A stretch of 61,190 nt of DNA, filler included. It is 8 parts of 8 records of this genome, joined end to end, with 100 filler letters (N's around TTAATTAATTAA, not from the genome) between each part and the next. Parts side by side here need not be neighbours in the genome. Positions count along the whole stretch, not along the records: positions 1 to 8,863 come from SRR31156797_64794; positions 8,964 to 14,027 come from SRR31156797_64887; 6 more parts are not named here. The stretch is one strand, 5' to 3'. A model generated the notes under the pieces. That model was not told where the DNA came from. It did no database searches and saw nothing but the letters and a program-made list of their open reading frames with translations. The translations under genes and the position numbers were made by a program. Below, piece after piece: positions 1-11,305 of the stretch (positions are counted from its first letter, which is position 1; every line of letters starts with the position of its first letter).

Positions 1-273
1 CCCTCCGGCCAGAATAATTCCTTTCATTTTAAATAACCTCTCCTTAAGTCAATCCCTTCAAAAATCCTTAAACCCCAAAGAAACCTAGCATGGATACATA
101 TGCGGGAATGGATTGAATTTATGATACGTTTCCGTTTAAGACAAGTAAAGGCTAAATTAATCAAAAGGTTCCATGAAACCCGAAAACTTCTTCAAACAAC
201 CGCAACACCTTGACTAAGTTCTTTATTTTTTACTATTATCCGGAAGTAATGATTAGAGGCTTGAGGCCAACAT

Positions 274-2085
274 ATGGCATCCGGATCATCAGGACAGGGC
301 AAAGACCATCATCGGCAAATCGGCCGGAGAGTTGCCAAAAACTCCATTGCCAGCATGGGTGCCGTTGGGATCTATTTTTTAAGCCGGCTGGCATTGACCC
401 CTTTCATCCTTCACTACGTGGACCTGGCCGAGTTCGGTCTGTGGTCCATGTGTTTCGTCATCCTTTCCTATGCGGGTTTAGGCGCCATCGGTGTCAACGG
501 CGCCTACATCAAGTTCACGGCGGAATACCAGTCCCGAAACGACCTCTCCTCCATCGGGTCGCTTCTCTCCACCGGCATCCTGTGCATGACCCTTTTTTGT
601 CTAGTGTTCTATGCAGTTCTATACCTGTTCCTTCCCTACATCCTGAAAGGGTTTCACGTATCCTCGGAGATTATTCCCATGGCCACTTTCATGATCCTGG
701 GCACGGCCCTGGCCTTCTGTCTCGACTTTACCCTGGGCGGATTCCGTGCCACCCTTGAAGGCTTGCAGGAAATTGCGCTTTCCAAAAGCATCAACGTATC
801 GGCATCCCTCTTTGAAGTGGCCATGGTGGTGGTGTTTCTCCCCCTCGGATTCGGCATCAAAGGCCTCCTCTACGCCTACATCATCAAGACCTTTGCCGAA
901 ATGGCCACATGTACCGGCCTCGTTTTCAAGAAGCTGCCGGGGCTTAAGCTGAGGCCACGCCTGATCGGCAAACAGGCGTTTAAAGACCTGTTTGTTTTCG
1001 GCGGCAAGGTACAGGTCTTGGGAGCCTTGGCCATCTTCCTGGGTTCTCTGGACCGCATCGTCATTACAGCGCTCCTTGGGCTCAAGGCGACCGGCCTGTT
1101 TGAGGTGGGCAGAAAATTCCCCTTCACCGGCAGAAATATTTCCCGTGCCGCCTTCGGCCCACTTCTGCCGGCCGCATCCCACATGGGCGGCACCTGGGAG
1201 AGGGGTGATCGTATGCCGGCTTCCCATCGGGCCGGAAAATACATGGGGCTTGTGATCGTATCCGCGGCCGTGGCAATTCTTCCGGGCGCCATTTGGTTTC
1301 GGGAACTGTCCGAAAAATTACTGCCCGGCATCCACATCCCCTATCATTTGGTCGTCATTGCCGCCACCGTGATGATGATTTTCTTGATCCTGAATCTCAA
1401 GAAATTCCATAAAAAGCTCATTTCAGAAGACCGGCTATCGGGAGAGGACCTGAGGAATCTCTACCTCAAAGGGCTCAGGCATATCAATCTGATCAACGTC
1501 ACCATTTTTGCATTTCTTATGGCTGTTTCACGCCCCCTCATCATCAGTTGGGTGGGGGATGAATATCTCCCCGCCGTATGGGTGCTGGTTCTGATCAGTC
1601 TTGCCAACATCTTCCACCAGGGCACGGGACCTGCCAGCGTCATTGTTCGCGGCATCAACCGTTCCGGACGCGAATTGGAATACCTGATCATTCAGTTTGT
1701 GCTGGCATTGGCATGGATACCCGCGGGGACATTTCTTTTCGGCATCACCGGGACGGCCTTTGCCATTCTTTTTAGTTCAGCCCTGGGCAGTGTCTACTTT
1801 TTCTGGAGAACCAATTACGCGTTTCGCATTTCCTGGCGTAAATCCGTAGGAAGCACTCTGGCACCGGGACTTTCACCGGCCCTCTCCGCAGCTATCATAT
1901 ACGTACTGACCCTTGCCATGCCCACAACGGATCGTTGGATCTCCGCCACCCAAGTGCTTATTCTCGGGTTTTCACATCTGGCACTCACGTTCCTGCTGGT
2001 CTGGAAGCTGTTTCTGTCCCGGGAAGAAAAGGAAACGGTTTCTTCGATCATCAATCGTTTAAAACCTTCAAAAACCAAGGGTTAG
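274..2085 (+). CDS. Wzx-like oligosaccharide flippase (MOP/MATE superfamily)
   Basis: 603-aa polytopic membrane protein. N-terminal 'VAKNS...LTPFILHYVDLAEFGLW' and 'FGGKVQ...LDRIVITALLG...GLFEVG' patterns are typical of polysaccharide flippases. First gene of an EPS cluster. Confidence 0.8.
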   Translation: MASGSSGQGKDHHRQIGRRVAKNSIASMGAVGIYFLSRLALTPFILHYVDLAEFGLWSMCFVILSYAGLGAIGVNGAYIKFTAEYQSRNDLSSIGSLLSTGILCMTLFCLVFYAVLYLFLPYILKGFHVSSEIIPMATFMILGTALAFCLDFTLGGFRATLEGLQEIALSKSINVSASLFEVAMVVVFLPLGFGIKGLLYAYIIKTFAEMATCTGLVFKKLPGLKLRPRLIGKQAFKDLFVFGGKVQVLGALAIFLGSLDRIVITALLGLKATGLFEVGRKFPFTGRNISRAAFGPLLPAASHMGGTWERGDRMPASHRAGKYMGLVIVSAAVAILPGAIWFRELSEKLLPGIHIPYHLVVIAATVMMIFLILNLKKFHKKLISEDRLSGEDLRNLYLKGLRHINLINVTIFAFLMAVSRPLIISWVGDEYLPAVWVLVLISLANIFHQGTGPASVIVRGINRSGRELEYLIIQFVLALAWIPAGTFLFGITGTAFAILFSSALGSVYFFWRTNYAFRISWRKSVGSTLAPGLSPALSAAIIYVLTLAMPTTDRWISATQVLILGFSHLALTFLLVWKLFLSREEKETVSSIINRLKPSKTKG

Positions 2086-2087
2086 CA

Positions 2088-4262
2088 ATGGCAATGGCAG
2101 GCAGTGACGGGGCGCTCCTTCCGGGAACCAAAAAAAACAAACCCATTGATATTGTCAGATTTCTTAAGCACAATATCGTGACCATCATTGTTATGGGCAA
2201 TTTCGGTTTCACCCTGCTCGCACCTTTTGCCCTTCTGGGCATCAAGCCATTTTACAAAGCGGCCTCACGCCTCAAGATTGTACCGGTGGTTCAATCCATC
2301 ATCGGAAAGGGGGAAGAAACATCCATCCTGATGCAATACCGGGACTTTGCCAAAACCCAGGCCATGCGGCTCAGGGATCCGGCAATCCTTGAAGGTGCCG
2401 TCAAACTGCTGACGCCTGAGGAAAAGGATGGGCTCTTCCCGCGGGGTCTTTCCCCAAGGAATTGCGCCATCCTCCTCGCCCAGCGCCTGTATATCGCACC
2501 GGTCAGCCGAACATACCTCATTGACATGGCCATCCAGGGGGAAAAGCCCGAGGGGCTTGCAGCCATCCTCAATAACATCATGAGCGTCTATAAAAATGCC
2601 GTTGATACGGAGAAACAGGCGCAAAACGACAACCGTCTTAAATACCTCCGTTCGGAACGCGACATTTTGAAAGACCAGATTTTTGAAAAACAGACAAAAT
2701 TGCGGCATCTGGCAAAACAGACCAATACCAGCAGCTTCAGCGAGGCATTCAACTTTTACTTCAAAAGAGCTGAACAACTTCAACACGCCTATGTCAAGCT
2801 CTACCTGCAGGAAGTGGATGCGGAACACCTTTACAGTCAACGTCTGCAGGAAAAGCAGGAAATCTCCAAGCTAAAAATGGAATCTCAGGTTGAAGAGATG
2901 GTGGCCAATGATTGGGGCCTCGATTCCACCCAGTCCTGGACCTACCAGAAAATGCAGGAGATGAGATCGAGTCTTGATGGATTGACCGAAGAGAACCTGG
3001 AGCGAAGATACACCGAAGACCGCATGAAGTCCATGCGCAAATATGAACTGGACATGACCGAAGAGGTTCGGGACCTGGCCCGAAAGGTCATGTACGGCAA
3101 ACGGAAATATGACCTGGAAAAGAAGCTGATAGAGGCGAAGTCCCGATACGACAGCATTAAAACGAGCATGCAGGACATCAAATTGAGGCTGGAATCGGCC
3201 AAAGAAGAAGCGGCCGCCAACTCGGAACGGCTGATTCTGGGAGAACAGATTCAGGCCGAACTCAGGCACATGCGTGAACTTTTGTTCAAATATGAATCCC
3301 GTATCAATGAACTGGTGGTACAAGCCAACGTGGCCAGTCGCGTTTCGATTTCCGTTAAAGCACGAAAACCAAAAAGCCAGGCCGGCAGCAACGCCAAGAA
3401 ACTGTTCATGGTATGCCTGGCGCTCCCTTTCGGAATCATCACGTTTATTCTTTTCATCATTGAATTCATGGACAACCGGATCACAAGTCCCAAGAACATC
3501 GTCAGCGCCCTGGGATATCCCGCCACATGGCCCATCTCAAGAGCACCGGAAGGGGTTCCATTTTCAAGGGTCACCCTGGATGCAACCGAATCCGTCACCA
3601 GCAAGGCACTACGAAGCCTCGCTTTGCGCCTTCACCGCGATTCCACACGAAATAACACCAAAATATTTTTGTTTAACGGTGTGGACAGCCAAAGCGGCAC
3701 AACGGAAATCATTCTGAACACCGCCCATCATTTGGGGCAGATGCTCCCCAGCGTGCTGGTGATTGAAGCCACAAGCTCCCATCCCACCTTGAGAAAACTG
3801 CTGGATATCCCAGCGGATCAGCCGGGTTTTTCAGAAGTCCTGACAGGCAAGGCCACGCTGGAAGAAGCCATATACACCGACTATGAACGAAACGTAAACT
3901 TTATTTTTTCATCGGAACCCGCCTATGCCCTTGAAGCCAGCCTTGTATTTCAGTCGGTCCTGAAGGAAGTAAGAAAAAACTTTGACCTAATCCTCATCGA
4001 CTCCACCCAGATCATGAAAAGTGACTTTACCGAATATCTCGGCATGCATTCGGATGTGGTGATCATGGTGATTCAAGGAGACCGAACATTGTATCGTTCG
4101 GTACGGGAAATTGCACAGCTTTTCATGCGCCTGGAGATCCCCGCCATGGCATCCGTGCTCAATTGGGGAGGCGCAAAATACACCACCAAGTTTGAAAAGC
4201 TTTTGGAAAAACCCCACTTGAAATTTATTATAGACAGGTTGAATGATAAGAAAAACCCATAG
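2088..4262 (+). CDS. Wzc-like polysaccharide co-polymerase / BY-kinase-like protein
   Basis: TM, long coiled-coil periplasmic region, second TM, then a P-loop-like C-terminal domain (VLVIE, FDLILIDS). Start placed at ATG 2088 just after the flippase stop, not at the ORF-track 1935. Confidence 0.75.
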   Translation: MAMAGSDGALLPGTKKNKPIDIVRFLKHNIVTIIVMGNFGFTLLAPFALLGIKPFYKAASRLKIVPVVQSIIGKGEETSILMQYRDFAKTQAMRLRDPAILEGAVKLLTPEEKDGLFPRGLSPRNCAILLAQRLYIAPVSRTYLIDMAIQGEKPEGLAAILNNIMSVYKNAVDTEKQAQNDNRLKYLRSERDILKDQIFEKQTKLRHLAKQTNTSSFSEAFNFYFKRAEQLQHAYVKLYLQEVDAEHLYSQRLQEKQEISKLKMESQVEEMVANDWGLDSTQSWTYQKMQEMRSSLDGLTEENLERRYTEDRMKSMRKYELDMTEEVRDLARKVMYGKRKYDLEKKLIEAKSRYDSIKTSMQDIKLRLESAKEEAAANSERLILGEQIQAELRHMRELLFKYESRINELVVQANVASRVSISVKARKPKSQAGSNAKKLFMVCLALPFGIITFILFIIEFMDNRITSPKNIVSALGYPATWPISRAPEGVPFSRVTLDATESVTSKALRSLALRLHRDSTRNNTKIFLFNGVDSQSGTTEIILNTAHHLGQMLPSVLVIEATSSHPTLRKLLDIPADQPGFSEVLTGKATLEEAIYTDYERNVNFIFSSEPAYALEASLVFQSVLKEVRKNFDLILIDSTQIMKSDFTEYLGMHSDVVIMVIQGDRTLYRSVREIAQLFMRLEIPAMASVLNWGGAKYTTKFEKLLEKPHLKFIIDRLNDKKNP

Positions 4263-4275
4263 TTCGTTATAGTCT

Positions 4276-5931
4276 TTGAGTATTGATATGCGCGGCAACA
4301 TCATCTGTTTATTCGCCCTTTACGGCTGCATCCCCCTGGTCTTGTATCTTTTCTCAAAATACAAACCGGAGCGGGCCGTCATTATCGCTTTTTTCGGCGC
4401 ATTGATGTTCCTACCCATGGAAGAACTTCATATCCCGCTGATCCTCTATAACAAAATGACGGCGACAGCCATCGGGGTGATGATCGCCATCAAAATATAC
4501 GATCCGGAAAAACTGGCGGGCCCCTCCATACACCCGGTGGATATTCCCATGGTCATGTGGATCATGTCCGGTTTTTTCTCCTCCGTCACCAACGGGCTCG
4601 GGCCCAAAGACGGCCTTCAGGAATCTTTCAACACCTTCACCACATGGGGCGTCCCCTACATGGCCGGTCGAATCTATTTTTCAAGGGCTGAAGGCATGAA
4701 ACTGCTGTGCCGCTCCATTTTCACAGCCGGTCTCATCTATATTCCGTTTGTGCTTTTTGAACTCAAGATGAGCCCCCAGACCCATCGCATTGTTTACGGG
4801 TATATGCAACACTCCTTTGCTCAGGTCATGCGTGGGGATGGATATCGCCCCATGGTATTCATGGAGCACGGCATCATGCTGGGAACCTGGATGTGCATGG
4901 CGGCACTGGTGGGATTGTGGTGCACATACACGAAAGTGTTCCCCAAAAAGATGTGGAAGACGCCGACGATCCTTCTAGCCGTCATCCTCCTGGGAGCGGC
5001 CTTCGCCTGTAAATCATCCGGCGCCACAGCCCTTTGCTTCATGGGTCTTCTGGCGCTCATGGTTACGGCAAAGCTGAAATTCGCCATTCTGGTCTGGGCC
5101 ATGCTCATCATCTCCCCGGCCTATGTGGGGACCCGTGCCACCGGATACTGGGATGGTCAAAACCTCTGCGACATGATTACGGAAAAATTCAGCGCGGATC
5201 GCGCCGCCTCTCTGCAGTTCAGGTTCGACAATGAAAATATTCTGGTGGAAAAAGCACTGGAGCGGCCTCTTTTCGGTTGGGGCGGATGGGGACGATCAAG
5301 GGTCTATGATGATGAGACCGGCGAAGACATCAGTATTACGGATGGGTTCTGGATCATCACCCTGGGGACCCGTGGTTATTTCGGTCTTTTTTCCATCACC
5401 CTGGTCATGATCCTGCCGGCGCTTCTTTTTCTACTGAAATGCCCGTCCAAACTGTGGGGCAAACCCGAATACGCGCCAACGGCCGTGTTGTGCATCATCC
5501 CCTTGTTGTTTATGATTGATTCCATGCTGAATGCCATGGTAAACCAGACCTACATCATATTTGCGGGCGGAACATCGGGCATGCTGGCCAAATATGGCAT
5601 CGCAAGACTTGAAGGTCAGACCGCATCGAGCAAAGAAACCGCAAAGGACCCTTCGGCCAAGCCTCAAAATACACTTCAACCACAAGCTACTTATCCCGGC
5701 ACCCGTTTTCGAAAAACAAGGGAGAACTTAAACCTTGGAACAGATGGTCCCTCTTACCGGGGCCCCAGAAATCTTATGGACCCCCAAATAAACAAGACGG
5801 AACACATGTCCCGTCAATTGAAAGTCCACGAAGAGCCCGACGCACCCGAGGCTCCTGATCAGGAGACTACGGAAAAAGGCCGGGATGAAGGCTATGCCTA
5901 CACCGAAGAGAAATGGGTCAGACGCAGCTGA
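4276..5931 (+). CDS. Wzy/O-antigen ligase-like polysaccharide polymerase
   Basis: About 12 TM segments with 'YRPMVFMEHGI', 'SLQFR...ERPLFGWGGWGR' and 'TDGFWII' loop motifs. Sits in EPS context. Confidence 0.7.
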   Translation: MSIDMRGNIICLFALYGCIPLVLYLFSKYKPERAVIIAFFGALMFLPMEELHIPLILYNKMTATAIGVMIAIKIYDPEKLAGPSIHPVDIPMVMWIMSGFFSSVTNGLGPKDGLQESFNTFTTWGVPYMAGRIYFSRAEGMKLLCRSIFTAGLIYIPFVLFELKMSPQTHRIVYGYMQHSFAQVMRGDGYRPMVFMEHGIMLGTWMCMAALVGLWCTYTKVFPKKMWKTPTILLAVILLGAAFACKSSGATALCFMGLLALMVTAKLKFAILVWAMLIISPAYVGTRATGYWDGQNLCDMITEKFSADRAASLQFRFDNENILVEKALERPLFGWGGWGRSRVYDDETGEDISITDGFWIITLGTRGYFGLFSITLVMILPALLFLLKCPSKLWGKPEYAPTAVLCIIPLLFMIDSMLNAMVNQTYIIFAGGTSGMLAKYGIARLEGQTASSKETAKDPSAKPQNTLQPQATYPGTRFRKTRENLNLGTDGPSYRGPRNLMDPQINKTEHMSRQLKVHEEPDAPEAPDQETTEKGRDEGYAYTEEKWVRRS

Positions 5932-5961
5932 TTCCATACAAATGCATTTGAATCCCGAATT

Positions 5962-6501
5962 TTGGATCTTCTGATGGAAAAAAAAGCACGCAAGAACCCC
6001 ACGGATTACTTGAAAGCGATGTTTTCCAATCCTGTCACATTGTTGTGGCTGGGCGGATTGCTTGCCATGATCATTGCATCCCTCATGCCCCAGGGGGGCC
6101 TGTCGGAGATGGAGACCGGTTTCGGAAGGGACAAGGTGGTGAGGGTCATCACGTTCCTCCTGCTTTCTTTTTACCCGGCGGCATTTTTTCCATCCATCCG
6201 AATGGGTCTGATCATCTCAACCTTCATTGCACCGCTGGGGTTCCTGCTGGAGGTATTTCAAAAATACGTACCGGGGCGCAATTTTTCTCCCGAGGATATG
6301 ATCGCCAACAATATCGGAGCCATTCTCGGGATCTTCCTGGCAGTAGCCATCCGTTTTTACTTTCGAACCGGGCAGGTAAAATTCCGAAAAAAAGAGGGCC
6401 ACCCCCCCAGGGCCCCTTCGGCTCCCGAGGAAAACATCCCACATTCCCCGGAGGATGAAACGAAGGAGGAGCGGAAAAGTTGGTCGCGAATCTTGAGTTA
6501 A
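5962..6501 (+). CDS. VanZ-family membrane protein
   Basis: 'DKV...LEVFQKYVPGRNFSPEDMIANNIG' matches the VanZ signature E-x-x-Q...P-G-R...D...N. Confidence 0.7.
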   Translation: MDLLMEKKARKNPTDYLKAMFSNPVTLLWLGGLLAMIIASLMPQGGLSEMETGFGRDKVVRVITFLLLSFYPAAFFPSIRMGLIISTFIAPLGFLLEVFQKYVPGRNFSPEDMIANNIGAILGIFLAVAIRFYFRTGQVKFRKKEGHPPRAPSAPEENIPHSPEDETKEERKSWSRILS

Positions 6502-6543
6502 AAGGTTATCATCCCTATATCTTTGTAGCAAAGGAGAACGGAC

Positions 6544-7857
6544 ATGAAAATAAACAACATGCCGAATGTATTGCTGATCATGGAGCAATGCAATTCTGAA
6601 TGGACTTCCGTTCCCCTTGTGGGCTACAACTTTTACCGGGGAATTCGAAAACGGGCCAATGTCACCCTGGTCACCCATGAGCGCAACCGGGAGGCCCTTG
6701 AAAAAATAAGGGGAAACCATCACATTGACTATATCCATGAAAGTCATGGCCTGAAACGATATTACGGCATCATCAGCCGGATCACTTCCCGGGGCGGCGT
6801 TAACTGGCCCCTTCAGCACGCCCTTTCATATCCCGTTTACGGAGAATTCAACCGTAAAGTCTGCCGGCAATATGCATCACGTGTCATGCAAGGGGAGTAT
6901 GATCTGGTCCATGCCATGACTCCCATTCTGCCCAGATACCCTGTAAAAATCTTAGAAGCCTGCATTAACGTCCCGTTCCTGCTGGGACCGGTCAACGGGG
7001 GCGTCCCCTTCCCTGAAGGATTCACGGATGTGGCAAAAAAAGAGTTCGCCCGGTTCAATTTCCTGCGGATCTTTTCCAGGATGCTTCCCGGTTATTCCCG
7101 GACTTATAAAAAGGCGGACAGGGTTCTGGCCGGATCCACCTATACACTTGAAATGCTAAGAGGTATGTTTGGCAAAAATGACCCGCGGTTTCACCTTTTT
7201 TATGAAAACGGCATACTCAAGGAATTTATCGGTAAACCCCGGAAACAAACAGAGGGAAAACTGGAACTGCTGTTCGTGGGCCGTCTGGTTCCCTATAAGG
7301 GAGCGGATATGGCCATTGAGGCCATCAGCCGCCTGAATGAGCGCATGAGAGATCGGGTTCATTTCACCATTGTGGGTGACGGCTCGGAAAAGAGCAATCT
7401 TGAAAAACAGACCCATGCCCTGGGACTGGACTCAGCCGTGACCTTCACGGGCTGGGTGGATCAAAGTGAAACCCCTCGATATTACAGCCGAGCCCATGTT
7501 TTCTGTTTTCCGTCGGTGAGGGAGTTCGGTGGGGCCGTTGCCCTGGAAGCCATGGCCGGTGGTCTGCCGTGCCTTGTTGCGGATCATGCGGGACTGGGCG
7601 AATATGTAACCCATGAAACCGGATTCAAAATCAAGCCCACTTCAAGGGAATACCTGGTCAACGAACTGGCCGAAAAAATCCTGATTCTCCTTGAAAACCG
7701 TGAAATGGTGCAACACATGTCGGAAAAGGCCATTGAAAGGGTTAGGGAATTTGAATGGGAGACCAAAGCGGACCGGATGGTTGAAATTTATGGGGAGTTG
7801 GTGGGGAAAAAGCATGGGATATATGAAGGTAAAGAGGTGAACCTTTGCGACGGATGA
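6544..7857 (+). CDS. Glycosyltransferase family 4 (GT-B)
   Basis: 'LLFVGRLVPYKG', 'IVGDG', 'FCFPSVREFGGAVALEAMAGGLP' (EX7E motif). RBS AAGGAG upstream. Confidence 0.9.
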   Translation: MKINNMPNVLLIMEQCNSEWTSVPLVGYNFYRGIRKRANVTLVTHERNREALEKIRGNHHIDYIHESHGLKRYYGIISRITSRGGVNWPLQHALSYPVYGEFNRKVCRQYASRVMQGEYDLVHAMTPILPRYPVKILEACINVPFLLGPVNGGVPFPEGFTDVAKKEFARFNFLRIFSRMLPGYSRTYKKADRVLAGSTYTLEMLRGMFGKNDPRFHLFYENGILKEFIGKPRKQTEGKLELLFVGRLVPYKGADMAIEAISRLNERMRDRVHFTIVGDGSEKSNLEKQTHALGLDSAVTFTGWVDQSETPRYYSRAHVFCFPSVREFGGAVALEAMAGGLPCLVADHAGLGEYVTHETGFKIKPTSREYLVNELAEKILILLENREMVQHMSEKAIERVREFEWETKADRMVEIYGELVGKKHGIYEGKEVNLCDG

Positions 7858-8863
7858 AGAAAATATCAGGGAGCAGGGAGGAGGGGGCAGGGGTCGATCT
7901 TCCCTCTTTTGTCTTGATCGCCATTCTCCTCACCCTGTTGCCGTTGCCCCGGGTATCCGCGGAAACACCGGCCCAGGACGGTTTTCCCATGGGGATTAAT
8001 CTGACATCCGTTTGTTACTGGTCATCGGAAAACCCTTTCATCGATATTTTCAAACAGTCCCAGCCCTGGAAGCCACAGCGGAAAGGGTCTGGCTACGGCA
8101 AAGGCGGGCCTCTGGACCTGGACGAGAACGGATGGGTTCGAAGTCTGGCGCCCGGCCAGTGGGCCGATGCGCTCATGTGCCGGGCCCAGGGACATTACCC
8201 GGCGGGAGAGTACGTTTGCCTCCATGATGGAGAAGGAAGAATTGAATTCGGTTTTGACGCAAAAATCAAAAAGCGACGGAAAGGCCGGATTGTCCTGGAT
8301 GTTTCACCTTCAAAACGCGGCATTCTGCTGAGAGTCTCAGCCACCAACCCTCAAGACCCAGTCCGCAATATCCGTGTCATCACCCCCGGTTTTGAAAGCA
8401 CCCATCAAACCCAGGTTTTTCACCCGGCATTCTTGAAGAGATGGCGCGGTTTCAAGGTGATCCGTTTCATGGACTGGATGCGCACCAATAATACGATGGT
8501 GGAAACCTGGGATCAACGCCCAACCATCCATATGCAAACCCAGGGGGGCCATAAAGGCGTAGCCCTTGAATACATGATCCTTTTGGCCAATACCCTCAAG
8601 GCCAGTCCATGGTTCTGCATGCCCCACGAAGCATCCCACGACTATGTGGAAAGTTTCGCAAAAATGGTGAAAGAAAGGCTGGACCCCTCACTCAAGGCTT
8701 ATGTGGAATACAGCAATGAAGTGTGGAATTTTCAGTTCCAGCAGGCCCGCTATGCCGGCCGTTTGGGACAGGGGATGAAACTCAGTGACGATCCCTTTGA
8801 AGCCGGACTTTTTTTTTATGCCAAACGCTCAGAAGAAATCTTTCATATTTGGGAGGATGTTTT
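7854..8863 (+). CDS. Secreted putative carbohydrate-active/binding protein, 3'-truncated by contig end
   Basis: Signal peptide followed by 'MGINL', 'IRFMDW', 'PWFCMPH' and 'YVEYSNEVWN', a TIM-barrel GH-like NE motif. ATGA overlap with the GT stop. Confidence 0.55.
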
Positions 8864-8963
8864 NNNNNNNNNNNNNNNNNNNNNNNNNNNNNNNNNNNNN
8901 NNNNNNNTTAATTAATTAANNNNNNNNNNNNNNNNNNNNNNNNNNNNNNNNNNNNNNNNNNNN
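8864..8963. other. Artificial contig linker (N44-TTAATTAATTAA-N44)
   Basis: Identical 100-bp spacer with six-frame stops. Also at 14028-14127, 21559-21658, 26989-27088, 32270-32369, 38615-38714 and 49770-49869. Composition changes across each. Confidence 0.99.
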
Positions 8964-11212
8964 CATTTATTCATGGCGTAATATGCAATTGGGGTTGCAA
9001 TTACAAAAGCAATTAAAACCCACATAATAAAGTCTTTATTCAGCATGGTTAATATTTCGGAGACTTTTGCTCCGTTTACTTTTCTGATGCCAATTTCTTT
9101 TACTTTTTTATTTACCGTGTGAGAAACCAATGCAAAAAGTCCAAGACACGCAATTAATATGGCCAGCAAAGAACTTATTCCGGTAAGTTGACCGAGTTGT
9201 TTATAAGAAACGTATTGATTATTAAAAAAAGCGTCGAGGAAAAAGAAATCAGCCTGGGCATTTTTGTAATGCTTGTTCCAGACCTGCTTAACAGATTTCA
9301 TTAACTCAGGGATATTGGCTGTATTAACCAGAGCCGGATAGTATCCAAATTCAAATGGATGCCTGAATTGATATATATATGGTTCCAGTTCTTTTTGTAA
9401 TGATTCATGATGAAAATTCTGAACCACACCAACAATTTCCATTTCCTGGTTCCCAATATTTATTTTTTCGCCAATTGCCTGATTCGAAGATTCAAATAGC
9501 ATTGCCTCAACGGCTTTTTCGTTTATAATAACCGATTGGGCTTCGTTGGCCATTACCGGATAAAAATTTCGGCCTTCTAAAATAGGAACCTGGTAGGTTT
9601 CAAAATAGTTTTCATCGGAAAAAGAAATGTTAAACGTTGTATTTAACTGTTTCCCTCTTCTGTTCACCGTTACATTATTAAACCTGTTTGCCTGGCCGGG
9701 AATATTCATGGTAGCCGTAATATTTATAACGTACGGAGATTGTAATAACTCTTCCCGAAATGCACAAAACTCATGGTAACGGCTGTCTCCGGTTGTATTA
9801 TTTGTTGCCGGTGCCCTTATTACCAATGTCTGACTGGGATTCATTCCCAGATTACTCTTTTCCAGAAAACTGATTTGTTTAAAAATTAGTGTTGTAGATC
9901 CGATGAGAATGATTGCAAGTATAAATTGAAATACAATCAGGCCGTAGCGAATTGAACCAAAGCCACTTGAAGTATTGATTATATTACTTGTAATTTGTAG
10001 AGGATTATTAAATGATTGGAGTAATGCTGAAATTGTGCCTGTAAAAATTATTCCAGACAACAATATTCCAGCAAATGTAAGCCAAAACCAAGGTTGTAAA
10101 AATGTATTAATTGAAATATTGTTATTTATATACGACTTAAAAACAGGAAATACTGAAATGATAATTACCAGGGCAATTAGAATTGATACAATATTAATTA
10201 CCAACAATTCTGTAAGATGATATTTAAACAGAGTACCATTATTCGCTCCGTTTATTTTTCTGATGGCCGAAACTTTTAATCGCTCAAACGATAATGCAGT
10301 TGAAATATTTATATTATTTGTCCAGGCAATTACAATAATAAAAAGGGCAATAATAATCAGTAAACGCACTTTGGTCAGGTTTCCCTGCGGGATAAATTCA
10401 CCTTCTAAATCCGACTTTAGATAAATATCTCTTACCGGCATAATTGTGTATTCGGTTTCTAATTCCTGGTTCGCATTGCTGGTTAAATATTTTTCCTTTA
10501 TGTTTGTTAATAGATTTGATATATCACTTTCCGCGGTAGCAGGCATTTTCCGAAAATATGTTGAAGTAAATATTCCTCCCCAGTTACCCTGATGATTAAT
10601 GCCATAATCCTCCAAAGTGAAGAAACTTACTACAAAGTCGTAATGTAAATGTGTATTTTCGGGCAAGGTTTTAAAAACAGCAGTAACAGTAAATGCAATT
10701 CCTTCATTTAGCTTAATGATTTTTCCAACCGGATCGTCATTTCCAAAATAGATGCCTGCAATTCTATCTGAAATTGCAACGGTATACTTATTTGATAAAG
10801 CAGTTGATCTGTCACCTAGCAGCATTTCATTTTGAAAAACATTAAAAAAAGCACTATCGGCCCATACAACATCCTGATTGTACATTTGAACATTATCGGT
10901 GTACATAAAACACGATTCATGAAAAGCCCTGCAACTTGCTGCAATTAAATCTGAGTTTTGATTTAATTCGTGGCTAAGTGCTGTTTGTGTTCTGCAACTA
11001 TTGGTTAATTGTTTTCCGTCTTTTGAAGCATGATAATTTACTCGATACAAATTTTCTGTTTGTGAAAAGAAACTATCGTAACTTTTTTCATACTGAATGT
11101 GCATCAAAAGTAAAACAGATGAAGCTATACCTAATGATAAACCAATGACATTTATAATGAAAAAACGCCTGTGTTTCGCGAAGTTTTTAATTATTTGTTT
11201 TAGGTAATGCAT
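8964..11212 (-). CDS. MacB/FtsX-type ABC transporter permease (Bacteroidota type), 3'-truncated
   Basis: 'INVIGLSLGIA', two MacB periplasmic + FtsX repeats, 'KEIGIRKVNGA'. Confidence 0.9.
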
Positions 11213-11305
11213 ATTTTAAACGTTTCAGTTATTCCAGTTGTACTTCATTTTGCCTTCTTACAAGAATGCTGAATTTCTCTGTAAGGCAGAACATAAAGAT
11301 TGTTT

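Noticed and set aside
1935-2087. N-terminal extension of the Wzc-like ORF
   Set aside because: It overlaps the flippase 3' end. ATG 2088 right after the flippase stop is more plausible.
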